A DNA stretch of 9,870 nt from Azolla caroliniana (Eukaryota; Plantae; Polypodiophyta): positions 1 through 9,870 of the forward strand of contig JBHGNT010001318.1 in the NCBI GenBank assembly GCA_043228905.1. The letters are read 5' to 3'. Below are positions 1 to 7,215 of the stretch, piece by piece (position 1 is the first letter of the stretch; each line of letters opens with the position of its first letter). Below the pieces are notes generated by a model that saw only the letters and a list, made by a program, of their open reading frames with translations, searched no databases and was not told where the DNA came from. The translations under genes and the position numbers were made by a program.

Positions 1-385
1 ACGCAGAGTACTACTTGAGTGAAGACCGGAAGACGTGGAATGAGCCACAACGAGGGTGAAAGAGGCGCGGATCCAAAACAAAGCCCGGTTCAACCGAACA
101 CACTGACTCCGGCCAGGGAAGCTCGAGGAAGGTGATTGGGTGTTAGTCTACAACAGCAGCCTCGACAACCAGCATAGGTCTACACGTAAGTTTGTAAAGT
201 GTTGGTTCGGACCATACATGGTAACTAGCGTCAACGACAACGTGACGTATCATCTCGCGGAGTTCGACGGGACGCGAGTAGCAACTCCAGTGGCTGGAAA
301 GCGGATAAAAGCCTTCAAGAGACGGAATGAAGCAGAACCCAACCCGGGAGCCGAAAGCGCCAGTTCAGGAGAGGATGACGAGTAA
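1..385 (+). pseudogene. pol: Ty3/Gypsy pol, integrase C-terminal region (element A, runs off the left edge)
   Basis: Frame from base 2 reads RRVLLE*RPEDVE*ATTRVKEARIQNKARFNRTH*LRPGKLEEGDWVLVYNSSLDNQHRSTRKFVKCWFGPYMV...VAGKRIKAF. This has the GPY/F motif and is colinear with the integrase tail at 7216-7686. In-frame TGA stops at 20, 41 and 104. Confidence 0.9.
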
Positions 386-440
386 CCAATGGCCCGGAAT
401 CCCTCACTAAATTCACAATCTGGCACATACCACAGGATGC

Positions 441-1138
441 GTTGTGAAGATTTCAGGCCACAAGCGGAAACAAGGTGAAACGCGCAAGAATATCGGTATA
501 CGTGAGTGCACACCTCGAGGGGAATTAAATAGGATAACTACTAAGCATGAGTATAAGGAGGGGTACTAGGTAGTTAGAGCATTAAAGAAGATATAGACAT
601 CGCATAAGTAGGGAGAGTTACAAGGAGAGAATCTAGGACGAGAAAGTGATGGGTCATGAATGCTTGTAACGGTCGCTCCTTGTGCTATAAAAGGGGCGAC
701 CTTTGACTGTCTTCAGAATGCCATCTAGAGGAAAGGATACACAGAGAACGGCCGAGGACTGACCGAGGAAGAAGGCGCTTCCCCTACTCGCGTCAGACGC
801 CCGAGTGCTCCCGACCCGAGGATCGACCTTCTGCGCACCGACGTCTCTTTGTACCTGGCTGTTTGCCAAAGCTCCGCGCTCCATCACCGGCTCTAATCTG
901 GTTGTAACCACTCACAGCACGGTGCACCTGTGTTTTAATAGAACTCTTGCGACCTAACATACTTTGTTCTCAGTGGCTTTGTCCGTGTCTGTGTCTACTC
1001 ACGACTCTCTTACTCTCTCTCGTTCGCTAGACTTACCCGCTTCCCCGTGTTCTCAAGACCTACGCTTTCTTGATTCCTTGGTTTGAGACCCCCGTGGTCC
1101 TGCCTGACTTCTACACATCTGCGAGGACATCCTCGACA
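441..1138 (+). mobile_element. 3' LTR of Gypsy element A (LTR1)
   Basis: Follows the integrase stop. Start GTTGTGAAG...CCACAAGCG aligns with the TGTCGTGAAG...CCACGAGCG terminus at 3685(-). TATA at 686. Ends CCCGTGGTCCTGCCTG...CCTCGACA, the same terminal motif as the LTRs ending at 1750 and 6531(-). Confidence 0.8.
686..692 (+). promoter_or_regulatory. LTR1 TATA box
   Basis: CTCCTTGTGC-TATAAAA-G; context conserved in LTR2 (CTCCTTGGGC-TATAAAA-G). Confidence 0.65.
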
Positions 1139-1326
1139 ACGTGCGTAAACCGGCCCTTACACGTGGGCACAAGTTTTGTTGTATAGTATGTAGATAGGTA
1201 CAAGTCGGTGGAGGTGAAATCCTAGGTAGCACGCATTCATTAAGGAGAAAATCGAGGCGTATCCTTGTCTGAAAGGACAGGGAATAAACATGATGTAACA
1301 AGTGGTAACAACCTCCCTCCTTGGGC

Positions 1327-1333
1327 TATAAAA
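1327..1333 (+). promoter_or_regulatory. LTR2 TATA box
   Basis: TATAAAA in a context homologous to 686-692. Confidence 0.6.
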
Positions 1334-1505
1334 GCGAGGGAGAGGTATTGAAAAGGTATCGCGTTTTGTGGAGGACGAAGTGTTGCCGGACTGGGACCGA
1401 GCTCTTCTCCTTTGTGTTCTCCATAGTCGTTCTATGCAGGTTTTCAGGAGGCTGACTCTGTTCCGCGGAACGCCGAGTGCTTTCAACAGGGTCTCCATCT
1501 CGTGT

Positions 1506-1523
1506 TGTGTGTGTGTGTGTGTG
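1506..1523. repeat. (TG)9 microsatellite inside LTR2
   Basis: Direct reading of the sequence. Confidence 0.95.
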
Positions 1524-1750
1524 CAGGCGTCGGAATCTATCACTCCCCGGCTTGCCGGTTGTAACTCCTTGGTTTATATATATACATATACAATCGTTCT
1601 GTCTCCATTGTTCAACTCTTGTGAATCTGTGTCTGTGTGCGTGTGTAGTACGTCGGTAGTTTCCTTCCCCTCTTCTCATTCGGTTATTTCTCAGTCCAAG
1701 GCACCCGTGGTCCCGCCTGGTTCTCCACGCACGCGCGTAACAATGCGACA

Positions 1751-3514
1751 CCGTATGAATATACCAAAGTTCGACTTCACCATTCAGGACACCTCACGCA
1801 CGAAGTGGTAGTGCACTTCTATGTGCTTTGTGCGAGCATGGAATACGGGGTCTTACAGCAGTCGCCGGAGCCAAATGGCTTCACATGTGGCAACGATAGC
1901 GCCTGGTATTTAGCCTCAGTGCTCGAAAGGGCCATTATTGGCTGCTTTTTGCTACTCCACACAATAGCCACGCTACCAAGGGAAAACATATAGCCGGAGG
2001 TGGATCGGTTATCCGATGCATCGCCGGTCCAATCGGCATTGGTGTAGCCGACTAGCTCTTCGGTTATACCATGCCGATATAACAGGCCCCGTTCCTTTGT
2101 GCCGCTCACGTATCGCAAAATTCGATGTCCGCATAGAAGGTGCTCCACGGTCGGCTTTTGTATATATTGGCTAATCACGCCGACCGGATAACTGATGTCG
2201 GGTTGGGTGATTGTCAAATATATAAGGCTTCCGATGATTTTTTGGAACCGTTTCTCATTGTAGGCCAGTTCGGAGTCGGGACGGAGCTTCTGGTTCCAGT
2301 CCAGGGATGTAGAGATAGGTCGGCATTCCGTCATGCCGAATTTGTACAGCATATTCAACACATAGTGTCTTTGTGAGAGCAATATGTTGTCGAGGGTTCG
2401 GATCACCTCGATCCCAAGGAAATAGTGAAGGTCCCCCAAGTCCTTCATCTCAAATGCATCTGACAACTAGGACTTGACTCGGCCGATTTCATCGAGTCTA
2501 GGTCCGGTGATGACTAGATCATCAACATACAGCAAGCTGCAGACCGGACCATCTTGACCTTGCCGGATGAACAACGAAGAGTCGAACTTAGAGGCCGCAA
2601 ACCCCATCTTACGCAACCGGTGCGTGATCTTCGTATTCCAAGCTCGGGGTGCTTGCTTCAGGCCATAAAGTGACTTCTTTAGCCGACATACTGCCGACTT
2701 GTTCATCTCCGACTGGAAACCAGGGGGTTGGGTCATAAAGAACTCTTCTTCAAGATTGCCTTGAAGAAATGCATTCTTCACGTCTATTTGGTGAAGATGC
2801 CACCCCCTTGCCACAACAACCGCTAGCACCACACGAACCGTTGTCATCTTCGCTACCGGAGCGAAGGTCTCGTCGTAGTCGATTCTGTGGGTCTGCGCGT
2901 ATCCCTTCGTCACTAACCGAGCCTTGTACCGGTTAACCGAACCGTTGGCATTGTACTTTACCTTGTACACCCACTTACATCCGATCAGTTTACAATGTCG
3001 AGGATGGTCAACTAGGTCCCATGTGTCGTTGGCATCGAATGCCCGAATTTCTTCCTTCATATCGGCACGCCAATTTGCGTCCTCTGCCGCTTCTGCATAG
3101 CTCTCCGGCTCACACACTTCCGCCACCTTGGTCATGTATGCATAGTGATGCACCATGTACTCATTGTACCCATACCGCTTCACAGGGTTATTCTAGCGGG
3201 AAGACCGGAGTATCTTATCGTTACCCGGTTTGGGGCCTTTCTTGGCCGGTTTGGACTTCGTTCTCGAAGATCCATCTTCATCCTTTCCAGAGTCGGATTC
3301 GCTCCGATCTGACTCAACGTTGCCGGTTTCGTATTCCGGCATCTTCCTCTTCCCCTTCTCTTTGTGCGTGAACCGTCTCCTCGGTTCCTTACGTGGGGAG
3401 ATCACGACAGAGTCTCCATTACTCGCCGGTTCCTCATCCGACTGGTCATCCCGACTCAGCCGCTCATTCGGTCCACTCATCCAAAATGAGATCGAACTCT
3501 CTTCTAGAGTGCTG
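1751..3514 (-). pseudogene. pol: Ty1/Copia pol fragment: IN-RT linker, reverse transcriptase, RNase H (truncated at both ends)
   Basis: Copia motifs EPESYAEA, CKWVYKVK, YKARLV.KGY.Q, DYDETFAPV, QIDVKNAFL, LKKSLYGLKQAPRAW, YVDD (2518-2529), FLGIEV, RSTSGY, WSSKKQ, SSTEA.Y, PVFHARTKHIEVHYHFVRE. TAG stops at 3193 and 2467, a frameshift near 1903 and TAA at 1853. Confidence 0.97.
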
Positions 3515-3529
3515 AGATTCGGTAGATTC

Positions 3530-3685
3530 ATTTCCTATTAACTTCCTACCTACCGAATCTACCTACCTAGGATTTTCCATGTCCCTAATTCTCTCCTATG
3601 TACAACACAAGGCGTACGTGCATGAAGAGCCGGTTCCTATGCTCCGGCGCACCGATTTCGCTCGTGGACGGTTTTCTTCACGACA
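3530..3685 (-). mobile_element. LTR3: 5' ~155 bp of an LTR related to LTR1/LTR2
   Basis: Minus strand starts TGTCGTGAAGAAAACCGTCCACGAGCG and contains AACCGGCTCTT, TGTTGTA and AAATCCTAGGTAG as in LTR2. No purine tract upstream, so it is the outer edge of an insertion. Confidence 0.7.
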
Positions 3686-4186
3686 GCGCGTATGAGCATT
3701 AAAGTACTTGTCAACACTTCTGTCAGTCCTTTATGGACTTTAACAACATTATATGTATTGTGAGTTTTGGTAGTAGATTTTTTTTTTGTTGTCTACTAAC
3801 TTAGACTCTCTCTCACTATGTACTTTTCTCTCACACTCATTCTTGGAGTTTTTACCTATCTGCTACAATTGTCAGGCTCAGCCAGCTATGTCTGTTGTTT
3901 ACAAGTTTTCGTATCGCATTCTTTTCGATACATTAGTTATTTAACATTATTTTAAGCTTCACCATGCAATTTTATTGTACCTCGGTGTTAGCTTTAATCA
4001 ACATTAGGTCTGGTTTGATGTTGTTACCTCATAGTTTAAGGTAGCACGATCCTTATTCATTGCAAGGTAAATTTATTACCGTATGTATAGTACTTATATA
4101 GCTAAGTCTGGTCAACTAATACTTCATAGTTCTTTACCTATTACTTGGAATTTGGAACTATTTGTATTCAAACTTTTCTGTATCAA

Positions 4187-4510
4187 TACTATTAGTTTAA
4201 TCTCCTACTTTTAGTGTTTTGAGTTAACAAGTTAGTATTGTCCTCCCATGTGCGTTTGTACTAATTGTGATCCACCTATGTTTAATAATTTTAAATAACA
4301 ACTTAATATTTTCCTCCCATGTGCATGTGTACTAAATGTGTATTTACCTATGTTTAGTATTCTTTAAGAATAACTTATTATTGTCCTCCCGTGTGCATTA
4401 GTAATAATTGTCTATTCACCTATGTTTAGTATTCTTACATAACAACTTAGTACTATTTGCCACTCTCCCAATGTCATAGTACTATTAGTCCATTTACCTA
4501 TGTTTAGTAA
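4187..4510. repeat. Degenerate ~72-bp tandem repeat, about 4-4.5 units
   Basis: ACCTATGTTTA at 4274, 4346, 4418 and 4496; TCCTCCC at 4241, 4312 and 4384. A further partial unit lies at ~5413-5448. Confidence 0.9.
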
Positions 4511-4643
4511 GTCAAAGAAGTACTATCAACATTATTGGGTGCTCAACTTAGTAGTCAAGATGTAGTCTATCTAATGTGTATGGGCTACTTGTTTCTCAAG
4601 ATTTTTAGGTACTTCATATTGACCAACATCAAGATGCAATGGT

Positions 4644-4700
4644 TTATTACATAGTTTATAACACAAATATTATTACATAGTTTATAACACAACTATTATT
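4644..4700. repeat. 26-bp tandem duplication
   Basis: TTATTACATAGTTTATAACACAA(A/C)TA at 4644-4669 and 4670-4695, then TTATT. Confidence 0.95.
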
Positions 4701-4856
4701 CCGTGGTTTATCATGCTTTTGTTCCAATGTAAAGTTGCCACAATGCAAGAACACATATGCATTTTTAAAAGATGAACCCACCGTGATAATCTATGCTAAT
4801 GCTATTATCACAATCAAATTCAACATGCCTCAAACCACAAGGTTACAGGATACAAT

Positions 4857-5224
4857 TATTACAAAACATGTATAGGAGGTTAATTAGATGTCATTGTGGA
4901 ACGTAGGAGTTGAACCCATGACCTCCTAATCTCCATTGAGCAACCTTACCAACTGAGATACATCCATTTAAGCATTTCTATATGGATGCATTATAGGTTG
5001 AACACAAGAAGTTTCCTACTTGCATGCATTCTCTAGAATATTGCTAGCTTGCATGGATACCTCCACCTTCTTGTATAAATACTCGAGTGCACCTTGATTC
5101 TAATCAAGGTAAACATTGCTAGTTATGAAGCATAAGTTGAGTTATTGTTCTCTTTAGCTTGTCTTTTCTCTCTCTTAATATTTAGTCTTGTCTCGGCTCT
5201 ACTCCATTCTACTCGTCAGTGACA
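4857..5224 (+). mobile_element. Solo LTR (~368 bp)
   Basis: Termini TATTAC...GTGACA (TG mutated to TA). Flanks ACAAT (4852-4856) and ACAAC (5225-5229) form a 4/5 target-site duplication. TATAAAT at 5074 is 217 bp from the start, the same offset as in LTR 5449-5812. Removing it restores the flanking reading frame. An alternative start is TGTCATTG at 4889. Confidence 0.7.
4895..4967 (-). pseudogene. tRNA-derived sequence with Pol III A and B boxes; not a functional tRNA
   Basis: 73 nt ATGGATGTATCTCAGTTGGTAAGG...GGAGGTCATGGGTTCAACTCCTACGTTCCACA. A box at 4949-4960, B box at 4906-4916, invariant tRNA bases at canonical positions, but D and anticodon stems do not pair. Confidence 0.75.
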
Positions 5225-5293
5225 ACAACATTGTTTACAAAGTTGCTCAAGAGGTCCATGAACACATATTGGGGGAGGTCCCTCTTTTCAATG

Positions 5294-5344
5294 CTTAGAA
5301 GCTTTGCAACTTGTACAAATGACTTAGAAGCTTTGCAACTTGTA
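5294..5344. repeat. 22-bp direct repeat, 29-bp period
   Basis: CTTAGAAGCTTTGCAACTTGTA at 5294-5315 and 5323-5344. Confidence 0.95.
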
Positions 5345-5549
5345 GAATCCTACATTGTCTTATCTTCATATGTATTTTCTTTGCTAATATCGAGTGCAAA
5401 GTGTATTTGGTAATATTGTCCTCCCAAAGTGTATATGGTAAATTATAGTGTCATGAACATCAACTTGAATGTGAACCTTAGGCCCTTGTATATATATATT
5501 TCTCCTAGACAAACTTTAGACTTCAAACCTTTCTATAAAGAATACCATC

Positions 5550-5638
5550 TGTAAGACTCAATATGTAAGACCCAGTATGTAAGACTTGGCATGCAAGAAT
5601 TAGTATGCTTGATATTATAGTATGTAAGACTTGGCATG
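5550..5638. repeat. 14-bp-period U3 repeats (TGTAAGAC core)
   Basis: TGTAAGAC at 5550, 5564, 5578 and 5623, degenerate at 5592 and 5606. AGTATGTAAGACTTGGCATG is exact at 5574 and 5619. Confidence 0.9.
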
Positions 5639-5665
5639 AGCATGCTCATCATGCATCACTACATG

Positions 5666-5698
5666 TATAAAAAGGGTTGATCTCCCTTGTTAACATCA
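5666..5698 (+). promoter_or_regulatory. LTR core promoter: TATA box and predicted transcription start at A5698
   Basis: TATAAAAA at 5666-5673 and a C|A initiator-like dinucleotide 32 nt downstream. Confidence 0.6.
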
Positions 5699-5814
5699 AG
5701 GAGATCAACACTAGTCATGGAATAGATAGGTTTACTCATTGTCATCAATTTCTCGATCTCCCTACCTCATCAACTTCCCCATCCTTTTATCTCCAATTGT
5801 TCATCCATGATAGA

Positions 5815-5825
5815 TTGATCTCCTT
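5815..5825 (+). promoter_or_regulatory. Self-priming primer-binding site
   Basis: TTGATCTCCTT, 2 nt after the LTR end, is the exact reverse complement of AAGGAGATCAA (5698-5708). No TGG-type tRNA PBS is present. Confidence 0.8.
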
Positions 5826-5863
5826 CCTTCTTTCCTTCTTTTTTTCTTTCTCAATACACTATC

Positions 5864-6530
5864 ATGTCAGAATCATCTAGTAATCTTGAGCAAATTTTGG
5901 CGGTCGTGCAACAACTCCAACATGAGAATGCAAACTTGCGAAACTCTATTCAAGAACTTCAGGTAGCCACAACGGTTATACCTCACCCGATTGTTGACCC
6001 TTATGTTGTAGAACCCAATGTCAGCTTGCCAAAAAAATTCGATGGAACAAGGTCACGACTAAGAGGTTTCATCAACCAAATCCGCCTTATTATTCATTTT
6101 CAGCGCAGACGCTATTTTGATGACTTTCGACAAGTTGGGCTCATCGGCACGTTGCTGACAAGACAAGCACAAGCTTGGTTTGCCCCTATAGTGGAGACCT
6201 CTTTGCCTCTCTTGAATGACTTCCAAGCATTTTTTTACCGAATTTGAGGCAACTTTTGGGGAGACCGACAAATGGAGAGCCACACTCAACAAACTATATG
6301 CGTTACAACAAGGAGATCGTGCGGCATCAATCTATGCATCCGAATTTCGTCAACTTGCGTGCGATGTCGAGTGGGACGGACAAGCCCTCCTTGATCAATT
6401 CCGCCGAGAATTACGAGGTGAGATAAAAAATCTTTTACTTAACTTTCCTGAGCCCACATCTTTGAATGAGGCTATTTCCCAAGTTGTGCGCTGCGATAAC
6501 CGTCTCTTTGAGTTCCGGCAAGAGGAACAT
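5864..6530 (+). pseudogene. gag: Gypsy Gag (Tf1/sushi/Tcn1, PEG10/RTL1-like capsid), frameshifted and truncated by an insertion
   Basis: N-terminal coiled coil, LPKKFDGTRS..RGFINQ, LLT.QAQAW, LQQG..AS.YASEF.QLA...WD..AL..QF..EL...IK, CDNRL. An extra T in the T7 run (6230-6236) separates ORFs 5864-6247 and 6216-6563. Cut after RQEEH by an LTR end at 6531. Confidence 0.92.
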
Positions 6531-7159
6531 TGTCGGGCCTTTCGCTCCGGATCGTTTATGTGAGTCGGGTGGGAACCGTTGGGGTTTTGGGACTAGGAGA
6601 AAGAAAAATATGAGATAAGGTTAGTTCTGAATAGATTGCAAGATGAAGATATGAAACTCGTGAATCCCACGAGTATAGTGTATTAATTGATACTTAGATT
6701 GTAAGAGAGAAATAGATGGCAAATTTGTGAATCCCATGAATATTTTATATTAATCCACCCTTATAAAAAATCAGCAACCCCTATACATCTTTCTCTCTTC
6801 CTTATAGAGTGATGGAAGAGTCTAAGTTTATCACATGCAAATATCATGCTCTCTAACTTTCGTTTTCATGCACATTACATGTGCATGATTAGCTTTCAAT
6901 CACATCTTTTCTTTTAACTCGAGTGTGTATGCATGAATAACTTTTTCTATCATGCTTATCTAGAATATTTACATGGGATAAAGTTTAGTATAACTTTAAA
7001 ATTCATAATATGCTTAAAATCGTTAACATGGAGGTATAGGGTTCAATCCTTGCCCTATGCATGTAACATAATTATTGTAGTATTTCTCCTATTTCTTTAT
7101 ACTTAGTCTATCGGGTACTCCACACATATTTTACGTAGTGTACAAAGTACACCATGACA
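6531..7159 (-). mobile_element. 3' LTR (629 bp) of the minus-strand Gypsy (LTR4)
   Basis: Minus strand TGTCATGG at 7159 directly after the PPT. Ends ...GGTTCCCACCCGAC...GGCCCGACA at 6531, resembling the LTR1/LTR2 ends. Internal imperfect repeat GTGAATCCCA.GA.TAT at 6660 and 6727. Confidence 0.88.
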
Positions 7160-7171
7160 CTCACCCCCTCT
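7160..7171 (-). promoter_or_regulatory. Polypurine tract
   Basis: AGAGGGGGTGAG on the minus strand, abutting the TG of the LTR. Confidence 0.85.
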
Positions 7172-7215
7172 GAACCTGCACATCCTCCGGTATGTGACAA
7201 AGTTTCCAATGATTG

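Larger units (their letters stand above)
1139..1750 (+). mobile_element. LTR2, related to LTR1/LTR3, lacking its first ~45 bp
   Basis: Shares the TATA block, GGTTGTAAC and CCCGTGGTCC.GCCTG...CGACA end with LTR1. Shares AACCGGC.CTT, TGTTGTA and AAATCCTAGGTAG with LTR3. Ends TGCGACA at 1750, directly against Copia RNase H codons. Confidence 0.75.
3686..5298 (+). pseudogene. Intron-containing DNA-transposase relic with Sola2-like motifs, internally deleted and split by a solo LTR
   Basis: 3927-4066 reads DTLVI*HYFKLHHAILLYLGVSFNQH*VWFDVVTS*FKVARSLFIA. A GT(4067)..AG(4608) intron joins AG|G to give R-YFILTNIKMQWF. 4687-4835 reads TQLLFRGLSCFC...YAFLKDEPTVIIYANAIITIKFNMP; then HKVTGY|NIVYKVAQEVHEHIL...* across the LTR. 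Family call is from recalled motifs. Confidence 0.6.
5449..5812 (+). mobile_element. 5' LTR (364 bp) of a Tf1/sushi/Tcn1-type Gypsy element
   Basis: Termini TGTCATG...CATGATA (inverted repeat with one C>T). TATA at 5666. Followed by a PBS-position motif and the gag ATG at 5864. Confidence 0.85.

Noticed and set aside
250-1811. ORFs 250-513, 654-911, 1053-1301, 1157-1543, 1326-1751, 1368-1811 and 1477-1659
   Set aside because: They lie in LTR or microsatellite sequence, or antisense to integrase, and show no recognisable motifs.
1805-3541. Plus-strand ORFs over the Copia fragment
   Set aside because: Antisense shadows of the Copia pol frame.
4187-4510. CRISPR-like array (conserved motifs at ~72-bp spacing)
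   Set aside because: The whole unit is similar between copies, with no unique spacers and no cas genes; the context is eukaryotic.
4895-4967. Functional tRNA gene
   Set aside because: D and anticodon stems are unpaired and the acceptor stem is mismatched; treated as tRNA-derived only.
5229-5238. Self-priming PBS after the solo LTR (TGTTTAC complementary to 5109-5115)
   Set aside because: Only 7 nt match, the spacing is wrong, and the bases belong to the TSD and the transposase codons IVY.
5219-5880. ORFs 5219-5413 and 5677-5880
   Set aside because: They cross element boundaries, LTR and leader sequence; the motif-bearing frame near 5230-5298 is a different one.
6227-6240. Programmed frameshift at TTTTTTA in gag
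   Set aside because: Restoring Gag needs a +1 shift in mid-capsid, whereas this heptamer type gives -1. A homopolymer insertion or sequencing error is simpler.
5864-6530. Domesticated PEG10/RTL1-like host gene
   Set aside because: It is directly preceded by an LTR and PBS, and is frameshifted and interrupted, so it is ordinary retrotransposon gag.
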